From: Rhynchobatus australiae | Lineage: Eukaryota | Reading direction: 5' to 3' | DNA: 64,000 bases | Assembly (NCBI GenBank): GCA_034780895.1 | Contig: JAUZTB010000118.1 | Coordinates: forward strand, 57,704,898 to 57,768,897 | Shown here: piece by piece, positions 25,626 to 40,100 of the stretch | How positions within the stretch are numbered: position 1 is the first letter of the stretch | How the letters are laid out: the number at the start of each line of letters is the position of its first letter | Program-made: the position numbers and the translations under genes | Notes under the pieces: generated by a model | Database searches by the model: none | Seen by the model: only the letters and a program-made list of their open reading frames with translations | Told to the model about the DNA's origin: nothing

Positions 25626-26545
25626 CATTGCTTTTGGACTGGAGTCCATTGTTTCTCCTGTGTTTCTTCTAATATTTCATATTTCCTTGCAACAGAGAAG
25701 GAGGTTGTTTGGCTCATCGAATTGTTACCTATTTCATTTCTTGTCATAGTAGATCTGAGAATTAATGTTGCTGAGGCATTTCACTTTTTATCCTCTCTAC
25801 TCTAATTAATTGAGGTTTCAATTGCTCTTTTTAAAAGGAAGATAAAGTTAATGGTTAAAGGAAAATGGTTTTGCCAATTAGGTTTCCTAAAATTGTCTTT
25901 GTTTATTGACCAGATACCAAAGAATAAGAGAAGTTAATATAACGGTATTTTCATGACTGTCCTGAATTAAATTTTCTTGCATGTGTCTAAATGTCAAGTA
26001 ATTGCACATGATCCCTTAATAAAGTTCAGATATTTAATGTTATTTTAACAAGACGTACTTTGTGCATGAAACCCACACCCAGACTGAGTAATTGCCCATG
26101 CCGGCTTGTATTGCACTAGTGAAGGTCCAGGGGATTGACTGCTTATGCTTTTTACTGTCGAGCAAGATGGAGTTGACTGCTCAGGCTTACCTGGCAACAC
26201 CAGGAATGCAGCAGTATTTATACCACAATACTGTTTCTGGAATCTCCATTATCTTGGCAATATAACATTAGGCCCCAGAGGTTGCTTTACTATCCTTTAC
26301 TGATATTAGAACAGCATTAAGGATGACCTTAATGTTGTTTGTGAAAGTCCCACAGAGATCACAGTCTTCAGTTGTGAGGTTCACAGAACAATATGGTGGC
26401 ACACTCTTGTCAGTCTTAGATGGAACTACTCTGTTGATTTACCTCAGTCTCTTGCAGATACCAACACTTAGCCTTGCAGTTGCAATCTCTGCAGTTGGGG
26501 ACATCCCCAAGACAAGCTGCACTCTTCCAGCTCCATTGTTGCTAC

Positions 26546-26800
26546 TTAATCAATAGTAGAGTTAATGACAGGAGGGAGATGGGAGAGTGCTGCCAGGGGC
26601 AGCAGAGACTTGCACAGGCTGGTTGAAAACACGGGGCATGATATTTGTGCAAGGGACCACAAACACTTAAGAAGTAGAACTAGGTTTTCCTGCCAGGATA
26701 CTTTCAGGAAGATCTCTGAAAGGATTAATATTACATGATTGTGGTCTATGAATGCCTGAACTTTAGGGAAGGCTGCAATGCAGGCAAATCTCTGCACTCA
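26546..26800 (-). pseudogene. PIF/Harbinger (HARBI1-like) transposase relic
   Basis: FACIAAFPKVQAFIDHNHVIL resembles the FxxIAGFPxVxGAIDCTHVxI motif around the first catalytic Asp. Confidence 0.5.
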
Positions 26801-29800
26801 GTCCACTTGTCTCTGGAGCGGGAGGAAAAGCTATATGAAGTCTTTCCTCATTTAGTGACCTCCCTAATGCAATAGTGAAGAACAAACTCTGAATGTGGCA
26901 GAATCACCAGCAATAGCCTGGAGTGATCCTGAGACTACGAGCTGTAACCTGAACTTTCATGCCCAGGTACATATGTGAGATTGCATTTGAGGAGGCAAGA
27001 ATTCACAGATCTCAGTAGAAATGAATGTAGTCCAGGTGTGGTTCTTTAAAAGTTGTACAGTTAGAGTGCAGGATTGGGTTAATAAAAGCTGGTTGTTCTG
27101 TGAGTAAATAAGAATTGTTTTACAGACCAGTGAGGTTGAAAATCACCCAGACACAAGGTGTTGTGCTCCTGTCGAGCACAAACCTCACCAAGATGTCAGG
27201 ATTTGTATTTCATAATGAATGTTCCAACAGCCACAAATGGGCAGAGTAGTGCTCTGATACAAATTAAATAACCTTCAGCTGCACAGCACCATTTTTGTTT
27301 CAGAAATGTAGAAAGGAAATTCTAGGCCTTGTTTTCAGACAATGGAAACTGTTGTCTTATTGCAAAAATAGGTTAAACCCTGGCTGCTGGTAATAAACAA
27401 TGTTGAAACTGTTCATGAATTTCACAAACTGTCTGGAGATAGAATTCTACAGGCTATTCAGGCTTATATCAGTACTTATGCTCCACAAAAACCTTAATCA
27501 TCTCACCATATCAAATCCTTCTTTCTTTTCTCCTCAAGTACTAATAAACACCCCTCTCAATGATATTGAGTCAATTATTACATGTGTCAGAAAGTTCCAT
27601 ATTCTTATTGTCCTTTGGTTTGGGGCTTGTCCTGAACTCCTCACTGGGTTTCTTATATAGACATTTATACACGTTTTGAACTCTCCATCAAGTTTTTTGT
27701 TCATTTACAGGATGTGGCACAGGCAACATTTATTGCTCATATCCCCTGTACTTCCATTCCATTAAATCTCTTGATAATTTTAGATTCCATTATATGTGAC
27801 TCATGAAAACTAACAATTTCTTGATAAAAATGTGGTCAAATTTATGGATAAATCAATTAAATATACACAGATCTATATCCACATCTATACAAATGCAGCT
27901 GAAGCTGCTTGAAGGCAAATACCTAAAAGTACAACCATATGGTAAACTTCAGTTCAGCTGTCAATGGTAAATTTCAATTGTAGTAATTTTGAGTTGTAAC
28001 TCCTTCCTTGGAAATTAACTGGCTGTCCACAACAAAGTACAAACAAAGGTTGGGGAAATATGCTGGATCTGCCCTTTGCCAGTAACTGCTGATCCAGCAG
28101 TATCAATGAAGCTGCAACCATTTATCCTATTTAGTAACCCATGAAAACACAGTCGGGATCTAGGCAGCTNNNNNNNNNNNNNNNNNNNNNNNNNNNNNNN
28201 NNNNNNNNNNNNNNNNNNNNNNNNNNNNNNNNNNNNNNNNNNNNNNNNNNNNNNNNNNNNNNNNNNNNNACCACATACAGCTCATAAAACTATTAAGTTA
28301 CAATAATCATGAATTCATCAGCACAGAGGACACTGTATCTTCTTTCTTCTTGCCCACAATGAGAATTGTTAGTACAGGTTTATTTACACCACATGTTCCA
28401 ATGACTTTCCAGTTGCATGACTAAATCTTTGACAGGAGCAATGCCAATTCTCCATAAGCTAGCAATAGTCATCATTTTGTAGTGCCACAGAATACCAAGC
28501 AAGGACCTTTCAAATACATCTTGAAACAGTTAGACTCTCCTCATTATTATGTTGGCCCTGAAAGACTGTACTTCAAAACCATAAAAGTTTATTATAGCCT
28601 TGGATTACAATCCTGAACGTAATTGAAAATGAGTTACAGGGCACATTCTTGCTTGCTGACTTTTAGAGATTGAAGATGGCTTATGTTTAGGAAGCCACTT
28701 CAGAGACCAATAGAACAGATCATTGCCTCTGAATGGTGAAATTTCTATCTTTTACTATAGCTGCCATTAGAAATCATGCCCCAGGCTGTCCCTTCTGACA
28801 GCATGGGCCATGTTTAGGGCAAGCAGAACATCAATCTGCCTTCAAGCTCCTTGGAGACTGGCTTCCTGGGATGGTACCCTGTCAATCTGGGTCAGATTTA
28901 ATTTTCCCTAGGCAACATTGGATTGCTGTTTCATTTATACGAGAAGTGCACCTTCAACCCCAAAGAATTGTGCTTTGATCTGACGGAATGAATTTCACCT
29001 ATTGTGTCAGAGAATTACGCTTGACATTTAACTTAGTGCACAAGGATATTTCAACTGCAGCTGAGTGTAATAAGTACAGACCAACCATGGCCCAGGTTTT
29101 GGAGTCGGTGGCAAAGGAATAGCCTTGGAAAAATCTGCCCACAAAATTTAAGTATTTTCTTGGGAGCTAGCTTCCCCTATTCTAATATCAAATTCAATCT
29201 GGCATTTTCCATTAAAGAACAGGGGAAGCAGGGTGAACAGCCATCAAATTGAAGAATCAGAACAGACAGCAAAGTTGGAGTAAAACTCAGGAAGCATAAA
29301 TCACATGTTAAGACCTCACTTAGCCCTGAATAAATGTTATCTTTATCATTGTTTCCTACAGCAAGAATATGCTGTTAATTGTTAAAGTCTGCAACAAAAC
29401 AACTATTTCCAACAAATTGCAACTTTAAAGCGTGAATCCCATGGAGGAGCAGGGATGTCATTCTCAGCAGTGAAGGCAAATGCTGACATTTCACCATTTT
29501 ACATAGGAATTCTGGGCCATTTTTCCCAGTGTGATATCACAGGTCAAAAATCAGTGAGTTATGATGTCAAGTATTTGCTAATAGTTTTGGGGACTTGGAA
29601 AGTACTATGGGGAACTAACTGTTCTTTAAGACTCAGTATTTGTCTCAGTAATATTGACCCTTCTCAATATTAGAAAAGGGTCGTCTACAACAACCTTAAT
29701 GCCAGTATGAAAATAATTTGGCATCTTTTACAGAGAAGATCTACTGCATAGATTTTAAAGTTCCTTTCAAGTATTATCTACAAAACAATCACAAAAGAAT

Positions 29801-30019
29801 AGTCATACTTATATCAATATATGGGTGTTTATAGATAGTTTATAACGAAATGATAAATTACAAAAGATAGGACAGAGGGCATCTACTAATGATTTCAAAT
29901 TAGCTTGTTGGGGATTGGGGATAGGCTAGGGCTGTAGAGCTGGGATCTTGCTCTCTACTGGATCCCAATATTTAAAGAACAGTATTTTGGAGAGTGTAGT
30001 AAGAGATTTCAAAGTAAGT

Positions 30020-30445
30020 ATAGAGCATAAGAAGCAGAAGCCATAGGCAAATCAGCTCCTCCACCATTTCATAGGACAACAGTGGATCCAACTTTGGTCT
30101 CACACTATTTACCAGGTCTCTCCCCATACCCCTTGACTCTCTTGTAGTTCAATTGTTTGCTACTCTCTGCCTTGAATATATTCACTGTCTCCAATCCCCA
30201 ACAACTCTCTGATATAGAGAAATCCAAAGAAATTCCTTTTTGTCTCCATGTTAAATGACTGACCTCCTATTCTGAAACTATTCCTCCTAGTTCCAGGAGA
30301 AATATGCTCTCAGCATCCACCCTGTCAATCCGCTTAAGAATTTTTTACATTTACATAAGATGACCTCCCATTCTTCTAGCTGTAATGTGTGTAGGCTTAG
30401 CCTTTCTTCATATATGAACCCTTTCATCCCAGTAATCAACCCAGT
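30020..30445 (-). mobile_element. Old CR1 LINE 3' fragment
   Basis: cataagaagcagaagcc..., ctctgccttgaatatattca and ataagatgacctcccattcttcta are reverse-complement CR1 3' motifs. Confidence 0.6.
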
Positions 30446-32914
30446 AAGTAGATAGGTAATTTAGACAATTTCAATTGTCCAGCAACCCAATTTTTATTGT
30501 GCAAATTTGGCTTTGCTTTTCACTACAGATTGAAGACTAGAGTGCTGTATTCTGAATGGAGAATTTTAATCATAGAACTCTTATCCCTTGCTGAAAGTCC
30601 TCATTTGGTCCATTTTCACCATCTCTACCAGGAGTGAGTTCCAGATCTGGAAACAGTTTCCAGGGACGACATCATCTGATACTTCATAATGATTGTCATA
30701 ATCAAGAATTTTCCTTGTATATTACAACGTCAAAGGAAACCACTCAGCCCATCAAGTCCACACTGGCTCTTCGCAGAGCAAGCTCGTCAGTTTCATTCCT
30801 CCTCGCCCTGTAGCTCTGCAGCTTTTTCACATTTTCTTTTTCACATGCTGATCAACTCCCCTTTGAATCCTTTACCACTTATCTGCACTGTGATTTTACA
30901 GTAGCCATTGAACTGACCAGCATATCTTTGGGATGTGAGAGCAAATCGGAGCACCCAAAAGAAATTGATTCAGCTAGCTTCTTACTGGAGAACAAACAAA
31001 TTATATTCTGCCGCCTCCTGGAAAACTGGAATAATTTCTTCAGTGACTATAGTAGCATGCATCACAATGACCACAGAATGAGTTTAAACCACAAGTCATC
31101 ACAGTAATGCAACTACAGGGAGGATGTAGAAGTATTTGTATCCAAGTGCTATATCCATAGCTCAAAAGTAATGAACAAATATTGTTTTCATGAATAGTTC
31201 ACACTTTGAAGAAAAATAGGTTTATAAATTAGCTGAGTGAAATGATGCTTGTGACATAATTTGGTGAACAATACATGCAGCACATGAACAACTATAAGAA
31301 GCTAGAGTCAGTGTCAACACATATGCTTTCTAGATGACATAATCCGCTTGATGGCATGACAGAGGACACAAAATATACACAAAACTTTAGTTACTAACTG
31401 TTGTTGAAGGACGCGGCCTGAGATGAGAAAATTGTTTCCTATTCCTTTTTATTTTAATGACAGTAAAATGAAGATATTCCTGCTGTGCCATAATTAATAT
31501 GTTTTATTGAACTGCAGGAAATACATTGCTGGACAAGGTACATCATGTTAAACATAAACATTGCCCTTGTTGCCTGAAAGATAAAATCTTGGTGAACAAT
31601 AAATTTAAAGAATTAATTGATGCCACATCCCAGACAGGATGCTGAACTTTTCAAGCCGATCCCACAACTGGCAAGCTGAACAGTTGTTGTGCTTGATCTT
31701 CTTACTTTTATAATTTTGCTGATGACTAATTATTGCAATCTGTGGTTGATGTAGCTTGCAATAAGGGCCTAAAAATTTGGATGCATCATTTTTATTTCAG
31801 TGCTGTATGTCTGAAATCCATTTATTCCTGTAGTGGAATGCAAATGCGACCATTTTCCAGTCTTATCCAGCCACTCCAGAAACCCTACCACCATTTTTAG
31901 TCGCGATTTAACTTTGCGCATCTGTCGTGCATTTTTCCTGGGAAAGTAGGCCACTTTGTTCCGAGGAGCAGTGTTCCTTGTTTTCTCCTGAAACAGCTCT
32001 GCTGTTCACTCTGCAGCAATGAGGTTTAAAGAGGGCCTCTTGAACCATCCTGACCTCCCCAATGAACACCCAAACCGGGCAGGTCTACATCTACTTCAAT
32101 TACTGTAACTCATATGCTCTCCTTAGGTCTTCCCCCCCACTGATTGACTGTGTCCCCACACACTATGCTAATCCCACGTCATCCCCTCTGGCACCGATCT
32201 TGAGCAGGATCAATGATAGCTAATGTAAAATTGGTCGTTCTAATTAATAGAATGTTTGATGTGTCTTTTGCAGTTTCCAGTAAATTGAGATTTCATTGTA
32301 CGTAAAATGCCAACATTTCCTTTTCATGCTGATAGCTTTTTGTTTCATGCCAATAATTGGGGAATACATTGGAAGAGAAAGCTTCTGATCCTGTTTTCCC
32401 AGAAACCAGATTCTTCAAAATCGCCATGTTATATACATTACTGCAATAACCAAGAGTGTATGGTACAAACTGTGCACTAAACGCACATTTTATTTCCATG
32501 TTTTACTTACCAAAATGCATTTCCATAATGAGGCATGAATCAGTTCCAGAAAGGGCATATATTGCAATCCTCAAGGCTTTAGGGAATTGAAATGTTGATT
32601 AGCCTACTAATCATGAGGTCATCTCTTATGGCCTAGAAAAATAAGAATAATAAACATCAGGAATTCCATGAACAGAAAGCTGGGATAGTTAACTCTTCAA
32701 TGCCAAGAGGCATGATTTCACTTCTACACAATTCACAGTTATCATTTGGTTTAGATGCAAGCTGTGTGAAAGAAAAACACTCTCAGATGCATAGCATTTT
32801 GTTTTAATGTCTGAAAGTTGCTAATTTCTGTAGAGGAATGTGATTGCGACCATTTCTCATCTTATTCTGTCCTTCTGAAAATTCAACCATTCATCTTTGT
32901 GTCAGACATAATTT

Positions 32915-33232
32915 CCACAGTGGCACTGCTAGACGACTTCCTGTCCCAGTGACCCAGGTCCAATCCTGACCTCCATCACCGTCTGTATGGAGCTTGCATG
33001 TACTCCCTGTTAATGTGTGCATTTCCTCCGGGTATTCTGTTTTCCTTTCATATCCTAAAGAAATGTGGGTTGGTAGGATAATTGGCCAATATAAATTGCC
33101 CCTGGAATGTAGGTGAGTGGTAGAATCTGAGGAGAAATAATGGGATTGTAAAATTAATGTAACTAGGTACTTGATGGTTGGCGCAGACTTAGTGGGGCAA
33201 AGGGCCTCTTTCTCTGCTGATTGACTCTATAA
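32915..33232 (+). mobile_element. tRNA-derived SINE (HE1/V-SINE-like) with CR1-type tail
   Basis: cacagtggc...gacccaggtccaatcctgacc...gtctgtatggagcttgcatgtactccctg...tttcctccgggtattctg...ggggcaaagggcctct. Confidence 0.65.
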
Positions 33233-33942
33233 CTGCCCCATCTCCATGCCCCTTCCTACACAAGGGTTTGTGCTGCTGAACTCTGAACTGAAGAAAGGTC
33301 ATCAGCTTTCTAGATGCCTGCTGACCTGCTGAGAACTTCCAATAGTTTTATCTTATTGTTATAATTCAATAACTGCTGGAACTAAGAGCAAAGCTGGGGC
33401 ATTGAGCTGGATTTTGCACGGAAATGTGAGCAGACTCATACATAATGTCACAAAATACAAGGGAAAAGAGCCATACATAGAATTTGCAACACTGACACTC
33501 TTGGACCTGCACACAATTGCCTGAAGCATTGAAGATGTACAAGAAAAAAATGTCACAGGCATATATTAAGCTTAGATCACATACCATCCATTTATTATGT
33601 CTTTCTTTTTCTAGAACAAGCATACAGTCTTACACAAATTATAGCATCTTTATCTTCTTACCTTTCAAACTTTTGATTAAAGATATGCTTTCATAAACAA
33701 GATGTGATTAGATTATTGCTACATCAACCAAGCAGGGGCATGTAAGCGGTGTCAATCAACAATCGACATTATAAGATCTCATATCATTTGCATGTTTTTA
33801 AAGCATTGTATCAATTACTGTTAATCTAATATGGTAATGACAGCTGCAGTTTATTTTTTTATTCTGATGTTATGTTCAAAGGATATTGACTATAGGTATA
33901 TGTTCACAAGACATTGAACAGTCAATCAAATCATTGAATTCA

Positions 33943-34083
33943 CAGATCATTGAATCAAGGCAGCCTCAGGCGTGGTGAGGCTAAAGATTTACATGCACCT
34001 CCTCCAACCTCCAGATCATTGAATCAAGGCAGCCTCAGGCTTGTGGTTGAGGCTAAAGATTTACATGCACCTCCTCCAACCTC
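33943..34083 (+). repeat. Two-copy ~70-bp tandem duplication at the 5' junction of the Penelope relic
   Basis: cagatcattgaatcaaggcagcctcaggc...cctcctccaacctc occurs at 33943-34011 and 34012-34083. Confidence 0.9.
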
Positions 34084-34930
34084 ATCCACTGTACTTGTTG
34101 CTCCTCTACAGCAAGAACAACTGCAGACCAGGAGACCTATTTGCAGAGCACCTGTGCTCTGTCCGCAATGGCCATCCAGAGCTCCCAGTTACCTCCCATT
34201 TGAATTCCCCTTCCCATTCCCACACTGACCTGTCCATCCTTGGCCTTCTCCAATGCCAGGGTGAGACCCAACACAGTCTAGAGGAACCTCATATTCCTCT
34301 TGGGTAGTCGACCATCCAATGGAACGAATATTGAATTTTCCAGTTTCAGATAACCCTTACCTCTGGTGCGTTCCCCTGCTCCTGCCTCTTACCCGTCCTC
34401 CCATTTTTCCAGCCCCCACTCCCCACCTATTTTCGCCCCCATCTCCATCCTGGTTCCATCTAACTACTACCTACAAGTTTCATCCATTAGCTTCCGCCTT
34501 CCCCCATCTGGTTCCATCTGATTTTCACCTCTCCTCTCATGGTTCCCATTATTACCTGACTCACTTATCAGATTCCAGCACTGGAAGCCTCCATGTTCCT
34601 GTTTATTACCTTCCTAACTGTTTCCATCTGCACCATCTACCTCCCTTTTTGTTTGGTCTGTCTCCATCTATCATCCACCAGCCCCTATCTGCCAACTTCA
34701 CCCCTCACCCTCCCCATTCCCTACCTGGCTTGATCTGCCTGTCATCCTTCTTCCTTCCTCAGTCCACCAATCACCTCTGGCCCCTGTCTCATCACTCCCC
34801 CTTCTCCTCTTTATACTGGTATCTCCCCTCTCCATTCTCAGTCCTGATACAGGGTCTCAGTCCAAAACATTGACAATTCTTCTCCTCTTCAGGTGTTGCT
34901 AGACCCATGCAGAGTTTCACCAGCAGATTG
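33960..34930 (+). mobile_element. Penelope-like element 3' part: GIY-YIG endonuclease relic, pyrimidine tract and terminus
   Basis: FTCTSSNLIHC...GDLFAEHLCSV...PVTSHLNSPSHSHTDLSILGLL...LEEPHI...NIEFSSFR* matches PLE GIY-YIG C-termini; degenerate cagtcctgatacagggtctcagtccaaaacattgac end at ~34840-34873. Confidence 0.8.
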
Positions 34931-36179
34931 TCGCTCTCAGGTTAGTGGTGCTTGCCTGACAGTTTTACCTGATGTGAAGGTAAATACCTTGGAGAAAGAT
35001 TACAGCCAATGAGAATAATTTTTGACATGGTTGCTTGCTGATAGAGAAGGCAGTGGATCATTCGCTCATTGGAAAATCTGCTCAACCTCCATTTCCATTG
35101 ATTTCAATTAGTTAATAGGGAATTGTTGCTTTCATTCTTGAAGAGGAGGGTTCAGTTCCATCTTGGAACTCCAGGAAGCCCCACAACTATCATCCCTGAG
35201 GACAAAATGCATCAGCAAGTGGGAGTAGGAGAGGTAGAGAAGACTAGAGTGAAGATAAACCAGGAGGAGGTTGCAAAGTGACAGAAAGGCAAGGAGAGAA
35301 TCAGAGGATTGGAGACTCAGGGACAGAAGTAATAAATGTCAGATAGGGCAAAGGGGGAGTTTTTAGTTGCAAAGAAGCATATGTTATTTTGAATTAATTG
35401 TTCTTGTTTTATAATAACTAGNNNNNNNNNNNNNNNNNNNGAAGTGATTATTAGGCAAGAAATGGAAGCTGGCGAAGGAAGACCCATGCAGAGTGCAGCT
35501 GGGTGCAAAACCCATTGCGCAGCTTAGAGGCATAGAGTTGTACAGCACAGAATCAGGCCCTTCGGCCCAACTCATCCATGCCGGCCAAGATATCTATCTG
35601 AGCTAGTGTGCAAAATTGCCCACCTTAAAAAGAGGGTCCTCCTTTGCATTCCTCCTCTTAAAATGTTTTTAAGCTGCAGAAATTTTAACTATGATTTTGA
35701 ATTACAATGAAAATATTACTCAAATATAATATTCAAATATCAACATGATTTCAATGGGACATGTACCTTAGTACACTTTTACTGATGGACTGCAAAGTTG
35801 CACCATAATAATGAAGCAAAGCAGAGTGATATATAGACGTTTGCTGTATATTACATATCTTGATATAGATTTGAATCCCATATGTTTTACATGAACAAAA
35901 TTGTTCAACTGTAGCTAATTAGAGACAACTTATGGGCAGTTTTATGATATGAATATGCACCCACAGAAAACTTGGTTGATATTGCCCAGACTCACTTTAC
36001 TTAGGATCATTAAATGCAGTCTTTGAGATTCAACAATGCAATGCTACATTTAAATTGCACAATCAATTTTTATGTGTCTAAATTTCTTTATAGGTTTAGA
36101 TAGGGTGAATGATTATACAAATCGATGCCTTCACCACAAAACGCACACATTTAAATTTGAACTACTATTCAGAGGACCA

Positions 36180-37170
36180 GAAAACATCCAATGATATTGT
36201 TTCAATGGACTTCCAGAAGGCACTTGCTTGAAGGACAGGAGAGAGACAAAGAAAGCGATTAGATATTCAGCAGAATTTATTGAGGGTACTTGTTGAGGGT
36301 ACAACTAATTTCACTATTTTTAAATGACTTAGATGGTGGAAAGTCCATATCAAAGTTCAGTGATACAAAAAATCAGGCAGAATTGTAAACAATGCTGATG
36401 GGATTATAAAATTACAAAGAGGTAGTAATAGATTAATCAAACGGAGAAACGTTGGGAAATGGATTTCTGTATAAACAAGTGCAAGGTGATCATTGGGCTT
36501 GAAAAAGATAGAACAGAATATTTTCTAAATGGTGAAGAACTAAAATTTGTGTTGAGATCCAGAGAAACTTGGATATGGATCATTAAAATATCATTGCCTT
36601 TTGGGAAGTCCCTGGAGGACGACTGTACAAAGGATGGAGTTATGCTTTGGCTATGCAAAACCTCGTTTAGAACCTACCTGTAGTACTGTGAGTATTTCAG
36701 GCCACTGTTCGTTGGGCTGTGGAGAAAGTACTGCAAAAGTTAACCTGCTTTATTCACAGGATCAAGGGATATTTTAGGGAGCGAATACACAAACCAGGGT
36801 TGTATTCTGTGAATCTCGGACTTTAAGGGGTGATTTGATTGAATGTTTTAAGATGTTAAGGGGAATCGATAAGAGGAAAAAAAAACTCATTCCCCATTCC
36901 CCTTCTTGGAGCAATTAGGACAAGCTTAAGGATTAGAGCCAGTCCTTTCAGGAGCAACATTAAGAAAAACTTCGACATGCAAAGTGTAGTAGAAGTTTGG
37001 ATTTCCTTTCCACAAATAGCAATTGATGGCAGATAGGTTGCTAATTTTAATCTTGAGATTGATAGTTTTCGATTAAACAAAGTTATTACTAATGGAGGAA
37101 GGCCACAGATCTGCCTTGATTTCACTGAGTGGTGGAATGTGCCGAGGCATAATTTGGCTACTCCTTCTGT
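36180..37170 (+). mobile_element. Old CR1 LINE, RT C-terminal half and 3' UTR
   Basis: Degenerate MDFQKA, KF.DT, WEMDFCINKCKVI, L.YCE and LRGDLIECFKMLRG motifs. Confidence 0.75.
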
Positions 37171-40100
37171 TCCTGTTTTTTTTAGAACTTCAGAGAATGA
37201 TTTGCACTCATATTTCCAGTTTGCAAGGCTCTAATTGGTACAATTACTCCAATAATTATACTCCTGCAGCAACACCGATATCTATTGTGCAACTAACTTT
37301 AGTACAGGAAGGTGATGAAGGAAGCACTATGTGTGTTGGCTGGCAAATAGCACTAATACTTTCATTAACGGAAATGTGATTGCATTTGCTGTAGGTTCAT
37401 AATTGCCTTCAGAGAAACAACACTGGTCAACAACTCTGAGCTTAGGAAAAATAGCTTGGGAATTTTTTTTTGCCATTTCTAACATATATACTCTCAGGGA
37501 CTCCAATACCCTCATTATACAGTAACCTGTAAAATAATAAAAGAACATTATGCTCTGTAACAGAGATGTTCTCAATGTATGAATCCTTATACAAGATCAT
37601 TGGATACAGAAGCATATGGAGAGAGTGATTTGTGGCATGTTATTTGGATAGATTTTGTCTGTGTGATACTCATAAAACTGGTGATAGGGAATTTGCAGCC
37701 TGCTTTAATGGAACTACATGTATCATCAAGGATGGAATGGACTGCTGACTCACTCTCACTCTGTTTACACAATCACACAGCTCTGGAACCACTTCCTTTT
37801 ATCCATCTTAGATTTTAACCTATTACTTTACAACTGTCTACTGCATTGCAGGCATGCTAAGGTATGAACTTGTCAGAATGTGTGTGGATTTGATGGCTGA
37901 ATTAAAGTATTTCAGTTGGTTAGCAATAAAACTCCATGAAAATCTCCTGATTGGACAATGGCATTAATTTAAACAGATTTTACAGATGTTATTATACCAT
38001 TCTCAATCAGATCTACAAATTACTTTCTTTGGAAGCATTAGTTGATGTTTTTAAGAAAGAAAAGCTTGCTTGTATATGGTGCTTTATATATGCAGTCACT
38101 GTGGCTTTGTAGTCAAGTATGGCTGTCAATTTGAATATCCCAGGCCCAGATCAGAAAGTAAGGTAAATAACCTGATGATCAGTTGAGAAATCTATCCATG
38201 GCAGCGGCTGGAGAACAGAGCTGTGGCACGCTCTCAACCCTCCAACACTAACTTGTTTCTCATTCCTTAAACATTATTCCAATATTGCACCGTCAGACAG
38301 ACAAAATGCTCTGATAAGACCCCCTCAGCAGCAACACCTTTGAACCTTCCTTCCTGCCTTCAAAAAGATTCCGAGATATCTTTGGAGACTAATGTCTAAA
38401 TGCCAAATCCACCAGTCTCCACGTGACACAGGAAGCACTTTTCTGATGATTCCTTCTATGGGGATTCGGTTATTTTATATGTGTATTTAAATGCAGTTTG
38501 TCTCAATAATAGTTTGTGCACTTCATTCCTTTGGATGTCTCTGCTAAGTCCTCATCTTGGAGACTTGGTTTAAAACTCATATGGACTTTTCACTACACAT
38601 ATTTGACAGTTACTCCTTTCTGGAAAAGAGTTCACCACTGGTCCTCAGTCTAATGTCATAATCTTCCCCCTTGCAGTGTCCTTACAAATTTACCTAACAA
38701 TAACCACATGGTCCCCTATCCTCCTATTGGGAAGTAGTCCTATGTTACACAGTCGTCGAGTAAAGAAATGCTGATGGTGATTCAATTACATGATTTCACT
38801 TCCTTTGCAACACCAGCAAAACTGTCCACTGGATTTTCACTTGTTCCACTTCCCCTTGTTTACATTACTTAATTCAAATTGTTATACAATTGAAAACTTC
38901 TTGGTGCAATGTATTATATAAAATTGTTAGGAATTGACCAGACCAGATACATCCTTCACTTTTTGGAGAAGGATATAACAAACAAAGAATTATGGTATAG
39001 TTTGGATATTGCACAATAATTGAATGTTGAGGGACTGAGAGTTCCTTTGTTCCATCTGATTGATTTCACTATCTGGGTGCAGCCAAGTAAATTCTGGCAA
39101 ATCCTGCAGCATTGTAAAAATGTTGCTGTTTGTCTTACGAGATTGTTAGGCCCCTCCTGGAAAGTGATTAGACTTGCAGCTCTTTAAGTGAGTGTGACAT
39201 TCACCTCAGTTAGACAGGTAGTTTGGTTGACTGCACTGCCACAATAATCTACCTTGATGGCTGGAAGGCATCTGCTGTATATATATATAAAAAAACAAAT
39301 TGCAGCTATCATTTTTGCAGGCTTAAGCAGAGCAGTTAGTTTAAATGAGTGCATATCAGGAACTAGATATTGCAATATTGTGTTATTATTTCTTGGGTGT
39401 TTTGGAAACTTCTAACAAATTGTTTCTCCAACACCAGTGGTTCACCCTTAGTCTGCCAGACTGTACTCTGGATATAGCTTGCCCTGAATTACTTTCTTCA
39501 CTCCAGTGGGGAACTCAAGGCCTTGCTGCAGCCGACTGCAAAAACTTTCAATTTGTCATCTTATCATGGAAATGTTAATAGATTAAATACAAAGAATTGG
39601 GATAAAAATTTCTAGAGCTTCTTTCCATTCACTGTAGAAAATAAGCAAAGAAAGTATTTAAAAACAGCATGGGGAATCCACTAAACTAAATAAATAGCAA
39701 GGAGCACAGAGAAAAAGCATGCGTACTGTCCTGATATGGACTGGTATTCAAGTTGGACACATATAGCAGGTTATGGAGGAGGAGGAATATCTGGGCAGTT
39801 TATCCAAGGATACAATCACATCACATGGAGAGACAGATTAGGGAAGAAGCCTTTGGGAGTAACTGGAGAAATCTAGTGGAGGCAGAGTAAGAGAAACCAT
39901 AGGAGCTGCTTCTATCTAACAGGTGTGATGTTCTCCCTNNNNNNNNNNNNNNNNNNNNNNNNNNNNNNNNNNNNNNNNNNNNNNNNNNNNNNNNNNNNNN
40001 NNNNNNNNNNNNNNNNNNNNNNNNNNNNNNNNNNNNNNNNNNNNNNNNNNNNNNNNNNNNGAGGGGTGAGTTGGGTGAGGGGGCAGTGGAAGGTAGAGCA

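Noticed and set aside
26186-26197. cttacctggca, similar to the U1 snRNA 5' end (also ~19145)
   Set aside because: The match stops after ~11 nt; it is equally just a minus-strand splice-donor-like word.
31769-31987. Possible short-chain cytokine helix-D exon, prompted by human CDC42SE2 lying near IL3/CSF2
   Set aside because: The resemblance is only compositional and no compatible phase-0 upstream exons or signal peptide were found; kept only as an anonymous candidate transcript.
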